From positions 86,118,001 through 86,182,000 of the forward strand of contig CM069135.1 of NCBI GenBank assembly GCA_035221665.1: a stretch of 64,000 nt of DNA. The letters run 5' to 3'. Source of the DNA: Okamejei kenojei (taxonomy: Eukaryota). A program made the translations under genes and the position numbers. Below are positions 12,022-25,240 of the stretch, piece after piece (the stretch's first letter is position 1; every line of letters begins with the position of its first letter). The notes beneath the pieces were generated by a model that saw nothing but the letters and a program-made list of their open reading frames with translations, was not told the DNA's origin and searched no databases.

Positions 12022-12962
12022 AACATGACCTCCCAACTTCTATACTCAATACACAAAGGTGATTCTTTTGGTCTTTTAAGATTGTGCTTCTAATTTGCTG
12101 TGTTGAGGTTGAGGTTCGATGATGTGGAGGAATGTGGAAGAAAGACAAAAGTAATAATTTGTGCAATGTACAAATTTACATTTTCAATCTGTGTGTACCG
12201 AGCAATATAAAGTCTATCATCAGAATTAAGAATTTTCTGGCAAGTTGCCTCACCTCCAGGGAGTATTTGTAAAATAGGCTATTGTCCAAAAATGGGTCCC
12301 CCAACAAAACAAAATTAAAAAACTTAAATTCATTATGAAAATATCCATCTATGATGATCCACTGAATACTTTGGTTACCAGTCCCATGCAAAACATTTTA
12401 AATTATTTGGAGCAATGACAGATTTACTGTGTAGCTCCAAGAAACACAGTCCTTGAATATAACAATTGCTGTGTTCATTGCAAGAGGTCTATTTAATTCC
12501 TCCTGTTGTCAATAAAGTCACGCATCATAATGTTATGGAGCACAATTATTTCCATGTCTTCCACAAATGCATATACCATCAAGGCTTGGACCTATATCAG
12601 AGATTGTTCTTCTCAGCAGGGAAAAAGTCACGAATTTCACAATCTGACATCATTACGCAAGCATCACCTCAAAGACTGGAGCAGTTCGAGGAAATGCTTT
12701 GCCATCACATCACAGGACACTGCAATGCAACTTTCTAAAAACCATTAACAGGTCAAGATCAAACAGGAGACAAAAGCATGCACACACAAGGCAGAAGTAC
12801 ATTGTGATATGAGCACAATGCCCAATGTTATATGCACCGTTTACTCTTACACGCCTTACATGTTACACTCCTCAAATTGCACAATGACCAATTAAGAATA
12901 ATTTGTGGTCTTACAGAAGATTGTCATATGAACCTAATGGATTTGTTAATGGACTTCAAGAC

Positions 12963-13096
12963 AGGGTGGCATAGTGGTGAAGGTGCTACTTTACAGTGCC
13001 AGAGACCCGGGTTTGATCCTGACTATGGGTGCTGTCTGTACAGAGGTGGTATGTTCTCCCTGTTACTGTGTGGGTTTTCTCTGCATTCTCTGGTTT
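12963..13096 (+). mobile_element. HE1 V-SINE 5' fragment
   Basis: tRNA-like head and start of the V-domain. Confidence 0.75.
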
Positions 13097-13125
13097 GATG
13101 GTAGCGTGGATAGCAAGAGAAGTGA

Positions 13126-13419
13126 GGGTGGCACCGTGGCGCAGTGGTAGAGTTGTTGAATTACTGCACCAGAGAACTGGGTTCGATCCAGAGTTCGGGT
13201 GCAGTCTGTACAGAGTTTGCATGTTCTCCCCATGACTGCATGGGTTTTCTCCGGTGCTCCGGCTTCCTCCCACATTCCAAAGACGTTTGTAGATTAATTG
13301 GCTTCTGTAAATTGTTCCTAGTATGTAGGATAGTACTAGTGTATGGATTATCGCTAGTTGGCATGGACTCGGTGCCACAAAGGGCCTGTTTCCATACTGT
13401 ATATCCAAACCAAACTAAA
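13126..13419 (+). mobile_element. HE1 V-SINE, full length
   Basis: A-box TGGCGCAGTGG, B-box GGTTCGATCC, V-domain, HER1-type tail. Confidence 0.9.
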
Positions 13420-13770
13420 GAACCCATGATCACTTCCCAGTGGTCCTCTAGAGTGTTTCAAACCACACAAGGAGCCTGACCTTAGCCCCAACTAAAGCAG
13501 GCTAGTAAACTACAGAAAAGCTCTAATGATCAACTCTCAGAATATTTGGACATCCTGGAGGTTCTGCATCGTGACCATGGTTGATGTTTCCCACTCTCCC
13601 TATACATTCAGCAGTTTCACTGGAAAAATTATCACACCACTCTGTGCATAGAAAAAAAGGTGAATTAAATGCAGGTAGGGTTATTAATTGGAATGACATC
13701 CAATATCTGGAAAATTCGCTAGTCCAGCAATGCCTCAGCATGCTGGATTAGCAGAGTTTTACTTTACTCA

Positions 13771-14081
13771 GTGATACAATGGTGCAGTGGTAGAGTTGCT
13801 AACATACTGCACCAGAGACTTGGCTTCTGTCCTGACTACGGGTGCTGTCCATGCAGAGTTTCTACGTTCTCCCCATGACCTGCGTGTGTTTTCCCCGGAT
13901 GCTCCGGTTTCCTCCCACACTCCAGACGTGCAGGTTTGAAGGTTAATTAGCTTGGTAAAATTGTAAATTGTCCCTAGTGTGTGAGGGATAGTTTTAGTAT
14001 TCATGTGCGAGGATCGCTGGTCAGCTTGGTCTCGGTGGGCTGAAGGGCCTTTTCCGCACTTTATCTCTAAAACTAAAACTA
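13771..14081 (+). mobile_element. HE1 V-SINE, full length
   Basis: Head, V-domain and TCTCTAAAACTAAAACTA tail. Confidence 0.9.
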
Positions 14082-14389
14082 TTTGTTTCACAGGGCTCTG
14101 CATGACCTATTGCTAAAAGTGGTTTGACTCCCAGCTGAAGAACTGAATTCAATTCTAGGTATCATAATTACCATGGATGTTTCTGGTGTACTAAAACATA
14201 GAAATGTTTAGTGTTAACACCCAATCAGTTCACCTATTAAAAATAGCAATATTGGCAAAAATCCAACTTGAAACAGAGCAAGGGCAATTTTGTTCCTCAC
14301 AGCACTTTACTCACTTTTCTTTTGCTCTTTACCGTATTGCAATCCGAGAAGAGTGTCCAGTCCTTCAAAGCATGTCCTTGCCTCATGTA

Positions 14390-14686
14390 CAGTGGCACAC
14401 GGTGGCACAGTGGCAGGGGTAAATCACCCATTTACATTAGTTCAATATTATCCCACTTTGGCATCCACTCCCACTTTTACAAGGGGCAATATTACAGAGG
14501 CCAATGAACCTACAAACTTGTTTATCTTTGGGATATGGGAGGAAACTGGAGTACCCGGAGGAAACCCACGTGGTCACAGGAAAAATGTCCAAACTCCACA
14601 TAGACAGAACCCAAGGTCAGGATCGAACCTGAGTCTCTGGGGCTGTGAGGCAGTATCTGCACCAGTTTAGCCACTCTGCTGTCCCC
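14390..14686 (-). mobile_element. HE1 V-SINE (minus) with a short plus-strand SINE head fused at 14390-14420
   Basis: GGGAGGAAACTGGAGTACCCGGAGGAAACCCACG is the V-domain reverse complement. Confidence 0.8.
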
Positions 14687-15059
14687 TGCCCCATATTGTT
14701 TACTTATAAGGATTCTTTTGGAAACAGAAGGCACAGATGTAAGACGACTACAAAGAGAACAAGAGGTGGTATGAAGGAAAATATTACCAGTGATTTATTA
14801 TAACCTGAAAGTGCCAGATGAAAGCAGATATAATATTTTACAAACAGGAATTGGATAAATATTTGAAAGGGGAACATTTGCACCGTTTTGCAGAAATAGT
14901 TATGGGGAGTGGAATTCATATTATCTCACAACACAAAAAGAAGCCATTCCGCCATTGATTCCGTGCCAGGTTCCAGGACACACTCCATGTTTCCAATTAT
15001 TCTTCTGCAAAGTCTTTTCCACATGACGATCAGCTCTATCCCACTTCTCCTGCTGCCTG

Positions 15060-15255
15060 CCTGTACCAGGGGAATTTACGGTAGTCAATTAATCTATCAG
15101 CATGTTTTTGGCTTATGTGAGGAACCCACAGTGCCAGCAGAAACATATGCAGGCACTAGGGGAATGTACAAACTCCACTCAAGACTAACCAAGGTCAGGT
15201 TCTAGCCTGGCTTGTTGGAGCTGTGAGGCAGCATCACGAGCTATTGCACCATATC
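15060..15255 (-). mobile_element. Old V-SINE
   Basis: Degenerate V-domain reverse complement. Confidence 0.6.
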
Positions 15256-17294
15256 CCACTTCAACTGGTTGGCTCTTTATAAGTGCTAGTACACACAGAA
15301 TTAACTTACTGCACTGAGATTTCCATAATTCTGAGGTGAATCGTCAAGTTCACAAAATAACTAGGGAGGGATAATAAACCTGGCGATGCTAAGCACATGA
15401 TGAAAACAAATAGAAAAGAATAAACATTCAGGTAAAGCCCAATTATTATCAGAGGACAACTTGTTCAATAATAGTGATTAAACTTTGAGACGGATTTCAT
15501 CCCTTTGAAAGACGCTGCAATAGCTTGTGTTTTGATAAACATATGGAACATTTGACGTTTGCATGTCAGAATCAAATCCATACTTAACAAAACTTCAATT
15601 CTTGATTCATCATAGGTCGGTGTAGCAGATAATGTTTTCTATGACGTGGTCCTAAAGTGTTTTAGTGCACGATTTAGAGATGTGTTTGATTTCAATGCAC
15701 AATACTATACAACAGCAAATGTTGCTAAGCTGACACGATAAAGTCACCAGCACTAAGCATCCACTGCACTTCATCAGGTACCCAAATGAATACTGCCATG
15801 TTATTTGCCGCCAATATGTACCTTTATATTCATTAAGAAGTGAATGGCCCTTTGTTGCCAAGTAACACACTGGCCAATCGCAGAGAGAACTGACTGCAGC
15901 TTGCAGCTTGAAATTTCTGTGGAGAACTTTGCCTTTTTAATGATTTCAATTGTGGCAACGACAGGCTACTAGAATGCAACGTTCAGCACAATTCAGTATT
16001 CACTTCTTTTGTGGCTTTTAAAATAACAGGAGAACATAGCACAGCTGGAAAGTTGACAAGCTAACAGAAACGTGGTGGTACCCACTTTGTTTTCACCACC
16101 CCTCCCCCAATTCTCCAGCAACAAGTCTAATGAGTTATATAAAAGGTTTTATGAGCAAGAGATCATGTAACAGATATTTTTGTAGGGAAATGCTTTTCAG
16201 AAACCCTCTTCGCCCCCCCTCCAAACAGTATTGTAATTTATAATGGTCATCCTGAACTTTAACCTATTTGCACATGCTTGATTACTTACTTTAGATCAAA
16301 GCAGGGCTGCCTGGGCACTCCAGAAATAAAATTAATTGAAATGACTTAACACTGCTTTGTAGGACGCTGGTTAGAAAAAATGAATCGCCCTGACCTTGAA
16401 TGCACAAAATAATCCTGTTAAATTCTCTCTTTCGCATATTGACTTTATTTGGTGAGGAAAATGAGAAAGGTTACAGATATAAAAACTGATTTGGGAGTCT
16501 GGATGGGGCCTTTGAAGGTAGAGGCTATAGATTAAATCTTGGAGGTTTGCCAACTATGCAGAGAGTTTCAAATCATTGCTTTCCACTGTCCGTCCCTTGC
16601 TTCACACCCCTTCTCTAATTCACGACAAAGAGAAAACCAGTGTTAGAATTTGTTTTCAGACAAATTGACTTTTTGGTAACTGAAAGAAAATAATAGGTTC
16701 AGTCACTGCCAAACATAAGAGTGTTCCATGGACTATGCTGGCAAGCAATTCCTCAGTCACTGTGTGGAACTAATCTCTGGTCGATGCTTTGAATGAGGTT
16801 TAATTTTCTCCTTTAAAATCTGACTTCGGCAATTGGCATTAATCCAAATATGCAATTATATATATTTTTTTAAACAGACCATCCCATATCTGATCTACCT
16901 TCGCTATTATTGTGTGGAGTAGAATTAGCTGAATAGTTACTTTTTTGATGTTGGAAGAATTGTTAATCCTTTGATGTTGGGGAACAAAAAGGATGTGTAT
17001 TTGAAAGAAAAACTCCTTGAGGGATTTTGCAAACTTGTTTTATAAATGGTAGTCAATGCTGGTCGGATGGGTACCACAGACCACCATTGCAGTGTTGAAG
17101 ATTTAGCTAATGTGTCCTCAATGAGGGCATGCAATTATGTCTGTCGCGCTCACAACTGCGTTGCACCCAAATTAAATTAAATTAAATCAGCCTAAGAGTG
17201 GACAGGCTAAGCTTATAGAAAGGTTTGGTGGGCCTTTGTAAGACGGAGATGGGAAACCGTCTTTCTTCTTGCCTCAGTGAAGTTAGTGAAGAGA

Positions 17295-17457
17295 TGCGAC
17301 CCTTTAAGAAACATTTAAACAGATACATGGATAGGTTCGGTTTAGAAGGATATGGGCCAAACGCAGGCAGGCGGGACTAGTGTAGATGGGACATGTTGGC
17401 CGGTGTGGGCAAGTTGGGCCGAAGAGCCTGTTTCCACGCTGTAAGATTCTATGACTA
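17295..17457 (+). mobile_element. HER1-type CR1 3' tail
   Basis: GGATATGGGCCAAACGCAGG…GGGCCGAAGAGCCTGTTTCCACGCTG…CTATGACT. Confidence 0.85.
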
Positions 17458-17841
17458 TAAACTACAAACTGACATAAATATACAGAAATTTGTATTTCGA
17501 AGTGATATCAATGAAAGTAGAATGTTATTTATCAAATCAATGTGAAAAGTCATCAATTTATGGGCATATTCAGAATGTGTCACCTTTGTACATGGAGAGT
17601 TGTTGGTGAAAATTTTAAAACCGTGCTCACATCTCAACCAGGTACTGAGTGTAACCTTGATGATATACAGCAACAATGCATGAAGAGAGGGCAAGGTGAA
17701 AGGAAAACGAGATAACATGACACCAAATCTATCAACACTTACTTGCCAAATTAGAGATACTACTGCCACCTTCTCTGACCAACCAGCAATAGAAATACAA
17801 TTACAAAGAAGGTTACAGCTTCACAAAGGAAGGCATCAGTA

Positions 17842-18298
17842 ATGTGTGGACATAGCCCAGACCATCACACAAATCAACCTCTCCTTACATTGACTCCATC
17901 TACACCTTACAAGGCCACCAGCATAATCAAGGACCGGTCTCACCCAAGTCAGTCCTTCTCTCCTTTTCCATCAGAAAGAAGGTAGCGAAGTTACAGAATG
18001 CTTCGCTCCAGATTCAGGAATAGTTTCTTCCCAACAGTTATCAGGCACCTGATCGATCCTCTCATCAGCTGGAGTGCAGTCTAAACCTCCCAATCTACCT
18101 TATTGGAAACAATCTTAAATTGGACTTTATCGGATTACAAATTGATATATCTTTGTACCCTTTATCTCTGCACTGTGGACAGCTTGATTGTATTCATGAA
18201 ATAGTCCTTCCTTTGACTGGACAGCATGCAAACAAAGAGCTTTTCACTGTATCTCAGTACACGTGACATTAATAATAAAGTAAACTAACTAAACTAAA
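17842..18298 (+). mobile_element. Rex1/Babar LINE 3' fragment (old)
   Basis: Degenerate VDIAQTIT…SIIKD…RFRNSFFPTVIR and tail CACGTGACA…AATAAA…AAACTAAA. Confidence 0.8.
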
Positions 18299-18524
18299 TA
18301 TTTCAAAGTATTCTTTCACTTCTCAGCGATTGCTCGATCTTAAACCGTCATACAAAAAACCTGCATATTTGATCAAATACATCAAAAACTTAGATTCAAT
18401 GTGGGAACTCAACACCAAAAATTATTGTACCCTTAATTTGTACAGAATGGTAGATACTCCATTCATCAAGAAGCCATTGATTGCATTCACAAACTTACAA
18501 ACACTTGCACTCTGTCTGCTATAG

Positions 18525-19180
18525 CTCCCGGTTGCTATTTTAACTTCCTTCTCCTTTCTGACCTTGGCCTCCTCCACTGCAAAAGTAAGGACATGCAAAC
18601 TAGAAGAACATTACCTCATATTTCATTTTGGTAATCTACAGCCCAACAATATTGAAAATGAATTCTCTATTTTCAAGTAATACGCCATCCTCCCCCTTCC
18701 CTTTCCTCTCCCTCGGCCCCAGTGTGCACATATTTCTCCTACCATCTCCATCACCCTATTATTTTCCTGTCCTCCGTATGCTCAGCTCCTACCTCTTCAA
18801 TCGCAGTTTCCAATTTTCCTTTTATCTATCTTCTTTCCTCTCCCCCCCCCTTCCCCCATTCCCACCTAAAATCCCTCCCTCCGGCTTTACATTTCACTCC
18901 TCTTCTTTTTTCCTTATCTGACATCTTTTTAATCATCTTCATTTCTAGTATTTGTCACTAACTCCATCCTCTGCCAATAACTCCCTCTCACCTCTGTCCA
19001 CCTATCCCTTGTCAAGCTTCACACATACTTCCCTTTTCCAGCTTGCTCTCCCCCACTCCATCAGTCTGAAAAAGGGACCCGACACAAAACGTTGTCTGTC
19101 CATTCTCTGCACAAATGCTGTCTGATCTGCAGAGTTCCTCCAGTACTGTTTTACACTCAAGATTCTGCAGTCTCTTGAGT
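18525..19180 (+). mobile_element. Penelope-like element 3' fragment (GIY-YIG C-terminus, pyrimidine-rich UTR, terminal repeat)
   Basis: Degenerate LGLLHC…KLEEHYLIFHFGNLQPNNIENEFSIFK* ending 18680; degraded hammerhead at 19066-19095. Confidence 0.75.
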
Positions 19181-19608
19181 CTATATCAATTGTGTTATCA
19201 TGGAGATTGACCGTTATGCCAGTAGACACATGTGCATCAATGGAGATTGATATTACTTTCAAAAAGCTTATCATCATCTAACACGAGAACTCCCGTGAAA
19301 CTACCATTGTTCTTTAACTTTAAGGTAATTCACAAATCCATCTCAGTTTATTATCACTGAAAGGGCATTGACCAGAAACGTTCTCTCCACAAAATTATGC
19401 CTTTCTCAGTATATATTTCAAATTTCCAACATTTTGCACAACTAAGGTGTAAACTAGACCTCGGGTGCTTCCATCAGTCTGGAGGTTTTCTGCAGCACAT
19501 ATCGAAAGGGGCATCAAAGACCATGGGTGTGCTCAATAGGGAGTACAGTTTTGCTTAACATCGATCCACCCCAAGAACAAATCATCTCTTAGGCAGTGAC
19601 AAGTATAA

Positions 19609-19990
19609 AGCTTGGGCAGCTTACACCCCAGCGGTATGAATATTGACTTCTCCAACTTCAGGTAACCTTTGCCTTCCCTCTCTCCATCCCTCCACCCTTC
19701 CCAGTTATCCGACTAATCTGACTGTCCTCATGCGTTTACATTATCTCTGTTTGCTTTGTTGTTACCTTCTCCTAGCTAACAATGATCTATTCTACATTTT
19801 CCTTGATCTCCATCCCTTGCCTTATTTCCACATCTTATCTTTCCTTATCTCTGTACCTCCCACTCCTCTGATTCAGTTTGAAGAAGCGTCTCGACCCAAA
19901 ACATCACCCATTCCTTCTATCCAGAGATGCTGCCTGTCCCAGCATTTTGTGCCTATCTTCGGTTTAAACCAGCATCTGCAGTTCCTTCCT
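19609..19990 (+). mobile_element. Penelope-like element 3' fragment
   Basis: LGSLHPSGMNIDFSNFR* followed by UTR and TTGAAGAAGCGTCTCGACCCAAAACATC. Confidence 0.8.
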
Positions 19991-20363
19991 AGAATATAAA
20001 GAAAGCACACTGGCCAAGCAGTGAACTTTGCGAGCTATTCCTGTCAAATTGGCTACGACATCTAATCCTGCACAAATGACCCAGTCTACAACTTCTTGGC
20101 ATTTCCTCTATTCAAGCAGTAAGTACACCTGAAAATTACATCACAGATTATAAACTTGCTTGCGATGTTCTGAAAGAGATGGTAAATTCACTTTTTTTTT
20201 TCTGAATGATCAGACTCCTCAGAACAACATAAAAAAACCTTCCCCATTGAAATCTGCACTGCAATTGTAATGAATGATCTAAAATATTATTTCCTTTCAG
20301 TATCAGTTCACTTAGGTTGATCTCCCAGCAGCCAGTCTCATACACCTTTTTGGTGCTATCTCA

Positions 20364-20388
20364 GTGGGGGGGGGGGGGGGGGGGGGGG
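20364..20388 (+). repeat. Poly-G tract (shorter ones at 6481-6495, 23781-23793, 61486-61502)
   Basis: Direct observation. Confidence 0.9.
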
Positions 20389-20579
20389 TATTAAGAAATA
20401 TTAGTTATTGCATTTCTACAAAAGCTGACCTGGTTTCAGCTATTCTTTTTCACACAAAAATTAAATGCTTGCATGGATCCCTTCTCGCACAGACTTCCCT
20501 TCTCGCACAGCTCTCTTAACCCATGCACCTTCCACTTTATGAGCCTGGACTGTTCCAGATAGCTTGCAAGTCAGTCTTG

Positions 20580-21170
20580 CAGCGCAGAAACAGGCCATTC
20601 GGCCCAACTCAACCACGCCTACAAGGATGCTATCTAACCTGGTCCCATTTGGTCCATATCCTTCTATACCTTTTCTATTAATGTACTTGTCCAAGTATCG
20701 ATTTAAATGTTGTTATTGCCTCAACTCTCTCTTCTGATAAAAAAGATGAGAAGACATTTCTTTTGTCAGAGGGTGATGAATCTGTAGAATTCATTGCCAC
20801 AATGGAGGCCAAGTAAATGCATATTTTTAAGGTTGGGATTGATAGGTTCGTGATTAGTAAAGGTGTCCAGGGTTATGGGGAGAAGGCAGGAGAATGGGAT
20901 TTGAGAGTGAAAGATAGATCAGCCATGATTGAATGGCGGAGCAGACTTGATATCTAAATTAGGCTGAATGGCCTAATTCTGCTCCTTCAACTTATGAAGG
21001 CAGTTAGTGAACATCTAGCTAACATTGAACATCAAGCTAGTGAGCATCAAAGGTTACGGTGAGAAGGCATGTGAATAGTTGAGAGGAAAAATAGATCAGT
21101 CATGATCGAATGGCAGAGCAGATTCGATAGGCTGAATGGCTTAATTCTGCTCCAATGTCTTATCGTCTTA
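20580..21170. mobile_element. Cluster of CR1 3' ends (one minus HER1 tail, two tandem plus-strand tails)
   Basis: GGTTATGGGGAGAAGGCAGG…GATCAGCCATGATTGAATGGC occurs twice in variant form. Confidence 0.8.
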
Positions 21171-21314
21171 TTTTGTGCCATTCCACCATTCAGGATACAT
21201 TCTCTACCATTCTCCAGTTAATAAAGGTGGACATTACTCTGATATTATCCTTTTTTTAAGTGCATGAATTCTAGATTCCAGACACTTCAACTTTGTTGTC
21301 ATTTGTAAAACAAT

Positions 21315-21432
21315 ATATCTCTCCCCACCAACCCCTGCTTACTATGAACGGTCTCGACCCAAAAAGTCACCTATTCCTTTTCTCCAAAGATGCTGTCTGA
21401 CCTTGCTGAGTTACTCCAGCTTTTTGTGTCTG
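21315..21432 (+). mobile_element. PLE terminal-repeat fragment
   Basis: GGTCTCGACCC…GTCACC…GATGCTG…GAGTTACTCCAGC. Confidence 0.7.
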
Positions 21433-21655
21433 TCGCCTTCTTACTATCGTTGCACAGCTCAAGGCACTGCACTCTGACTCATTCTCTGAGTGAAGGGAAA
21501 GATGTGTTTGACTTTGCACTCTGAAGGCCCAGTGACAGACACCCATTGACATCCAGTATCTCAGCATTTTCTGCCTCCCTGCGACAACTCACCATTCCCT
21601 CCTGGGTGCCCCCTATTTCTTTACTTGTTTTAATGTATCCACATTCAGTGCTTTA

Positions 21656-22226
21656 AGGGCCTGTCCCATTGCGGGGACCTAATTTGCGAGTTTAGAAGAG
21701 TTTGTGCTCAACTCAAACTCGCAGCATGGTCGGCACGTGGTCCTAGGAGGTCTATGTAACTCTTCTTCATGCTCGAGAGATGTTCCCGCATACTCGAGGC
21801 CTCAGTTTGGTCGAGGAGTATTTTTTAGCATGCTGAAAATTGTCCCCGAGTAAAAATTGGTCGGCATGGAAAAAAATCAATATTTTTTTTTACTCGTAGG
21901 TTTAGTCGAAGTAGGTCGTAGTAGGTCGGCATGTTATTCGTAGGTAATCGAAGGCAATCAAAGGTAATCAAAGGTAGTTGAAGGCAATCAAAGGTAATCA
22001 AAGGTAGTTGTAGATAGTGTTAGTATAGTCGAAGATGGTAGTTTTCACTCTCCACTATTCGGTGCCCAATTCGATGTCGTAGGAGGTCTTCTACATATTC
22101 GTAGGAGGTTCTGTACATAGTCAAAGGAGCTCGTAGGAGGTGTTCTACTTCGGTGATACAACAAGACCATGACACCCCCTACTCTCTTAAATTCGCAAAT
22201 TAGATCCCCGCAGTGGGACAGGCGCT
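21656..22226. mobile_element. PIF/Harbinger-type MITE
   Basis: About 45-bp imperfect TIRs starting AGGGCCTGTCCCA; TTA duplication at 21653-21655 and 22227-22229. Confidence 0.85.
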
Positions 22227-23539
22227 TTAACTATAAGCATGGGAGCGCTGAGCTCTCCTGCAGATATTTTTGACAAAAATAAATCTCCAACTGTGCATGC
22301 AAAATATTGCCAGCTTGTATGGCCCCTCTAAGGTGCAGCAGCAGCCTTGGCATCAACTAGATCGTAAATCATAATCCAGGATTAAATCCTGCTCACAACG
22401 TCAGGAGCTGGTTATTATTTATGGAAATCAAACTGGCCACATTACATGTGGAACGAGCTACCAGATGGCATGATGAATAGGAATGGATTGTTCTTGGTCA
22501 TTTTCTGTTTAGATCCATGGGTGAGAAGGAATATCGAGCCTTTTAAACAGAAAGCGACTGGGGAGGTCTAATCCAAAACTCTATTACATGATCTCAACAA
22601 CAACAAACAAACAGCTACCACAAGGTATATAAATATTTTAGATTGGTCATGAATAGTTTAATGCAATTTCTGTGCAACTTTACTTTGCATACCACAACAG
22701 AATATTTAAGTATTTAAGTGCCTGATTGATTTCTGCAGACCAAATATTATTGTCTAAGACTTCATTTAATTTGTACATATTTAATTCAAAATGGAGAATC
22801 TTGATCTCCAATGTTGTTATAGGTCAAAGAAAAAGTGGCAGGTATAAAAAAAGTATTAATTCATACAGAAATTCCTTATCACGCGAATCCAGAGGATTAT
22901 TACAATTGTCCACCAATATTGTTTAATTAGTAGGAAATGAGTAAATGTTTACCTATATTCTTAATCTGGAAAATACTTGCAAACAGCTTTGTAGTAGGTC
23001 AATGTTTATACTTCTTGTGTTGAGGAGCTCTGAAAAAAGGCTTGGGACATTCCTGTTAACAACAATAAAATGGTGCCTTCCGTGTGAAACGTTTCCACCC
23101 AGCAATGTTGATAGACAAAGTTAAAGTTGCCTACAAAAAAAAAGTAGTCTAAACTCCACACCCGGATAAACAGCATGAAGAGAAATAGAGACTTGCTTGT
23201 GTCCATTGTCTCTCCATATGCAATCTAACTTATCCGAACCACTCAACCTTCTGAGAGAAGCAATTAGCTGTGTACATGGAGCCTGTGATAATTAGTCTTT
23301 GCAACGTTTATTTATCCTTAAATCTATGTGAACAATACGGCAGAAATGCCAAGACTGTATGCCAGAACCTCCGGAGATCCTCTTGCTGTAATCACAACTT
23401 CTTGTGCGGCGCACCTGTGGGTGAAATCACCTTAATTGACCTAGTTTTACAATATAGGCCAAAGTAACTTACTCCGTTACCTGTAATACTAGACCTACAA
23501 AGTTTTTGTCTGGCTTAATTAACCTTTTGTGCCAAAAGT

Positions 23540-23603
23540 ATATGAAGGGTCTCGCCCGAAACGTCACCCATTCCTTCTCTCCAGAGATGCTGCCTGTCCC
23601 GCT
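23540..23603 (+). mobile_element. PLE terminal-repeat fragment
   Basis: GAAGGGTCTCGCCCGAAACGTCACCCATTCC…GATGCTGCCTGTCCCGCT. Confidence 0.75.
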
Positions 23604-24869
23604 TGTTGTTTCTATCTTCAGCAATTTCAAAGCTTTGCCAAGTGATCCTCTGGATTCCCTGAACCTTGGAAGGAGCGCAAAGCATAAAGTCTACTAAATT
23701 AATTTCCTAACTTCCACTTCTACTCTTAAAACTGAATAAATACTTTTTTAAAGACTGTTACTAAATCATGATTTTTTTTTGGGGGGGGGGGGACTCAATT
23801 TCATACAAGTAACAAGCTGTACTGAAATAATTTAAACATTCCTATTCACCAGTCTTGCTGGTTCATTTTGTAATATAGCTCAGTGGTTCTATCCTAAAAC
23901 TGAAATAGCCACCAAATCTAAATTTAATTAATTAATGCCTCAATTTAGGCTGAAATTGCACAAAAGTACAACTGGTCTTGTGCAACACCTGGCTTCTGGA
24001 ATTTAATCGACATTAAAACTCAATATACTCATTTCCTTTGCTACTTCTAAAGGAATGTAGAAAAATATGATTCTAAAAAAATTGAAGTATTCTACTACCT
24101 TCGTCTTTTGATCATAGGAGAAATTAGATATAACTAACTAATTCATTTTTAAAGAAATGTTATTAATAATCTGTGTGTGCAAAAGATACAGATAGAATTT
24201 ACTTTTATTTTACCTAAATCAAAGAAAGCAGCTTACACATGACGATCAATGGAAGTCATAGCTACAACTCTTTGAAGTGGCAATTTTAAATTGAATTTGT
24301 CATTCTCATCACTTAAAATGAAATATGCTTCTCAATGGTAAAATTCAACTACAATTTTACATATATTTTGTGTGTCTAGGGCACAGTTGAAAACAACATT
24401 GCTGAAATTCTATCCTGCAGCACAATATTCACACATATCACACAATACAATTTCATTGGAAAGTTGATTGATAAACAAGATAGAGAACATTACATTGGCC
24501 TTACATTTTATTTTCTAGTCTCCCGTGCATAGAAGTGCTCAACACAGAAAGTGCCCTGGCGCACATAGTGGTTTCCAATTGCGTGCAGTACCACAACAGG
24601 CTGCATTTATAATGGACACAAATGGCTTGAAGTGAGCATGGGGTAACCAGAAGCATACCTTTATAACAAATGTGGGGCACATTTGCCAGATGTGGACATG
24701 AATGAGGACTTCCGGCCATGATAGAGTATTGAGTACTGAGGGCCGGCATCCTATTGCTTCCTTTTAGTTAACAACTTATCCCACTCTCTGCTCTTCTTCA
24801 TTTCATCTCTCTCTCCTCAACCTCACCATAATTTTGCCCCCCACCCTACCTCCTTGTAATTGTCAACCC

Positions 24870-25240
24870 CCATAGACCAGAAGTGCACACAGTACTCCAA
24901 ATGTGGCCACACCAAGGTTTTAAAAACCTGCAGCATGACTTCCTGATTTTAATACTGAATGACTCGATGGGTAAAGGCAAGCATGCCATGCAACTTTCAA
25001 GGAGTTATGGACCTGGACCCTAAGATATCTCTGTACATCAATGCCATTGAGGGTCTTGCCATTATCTATATGCCCCTTTACATTCAACCTTTACCTCCCA
25101 CAGTGCAACACTTTACAGATCAGTTCAGTTCACTTTATTGTCACATATACTGAGGTAAAGTGAAAAGGTTTTGTTGCATGCTAACCAGTCAGTGGAAAGA
25201 CAATACATGCTTACAATCAAGTCATCCACAGTGTACAGAT
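24870..25240 (-). mobile_element. Old CR1 fragment followed by Rex1 3' UTR fragment (from about 25124)
   Basis: CAGTACTCCAAATGTGGCC (HLEYC reverse complement); TTTATTGTCACAT…CAGTCAG motif. Confidence 0.65.

Noticed and set aside
13126-13200. tRNA-like A/B boxes here and in other copies
   Set aside because: They are SINE heads running into the V-domain and do not form complete cloverleaves
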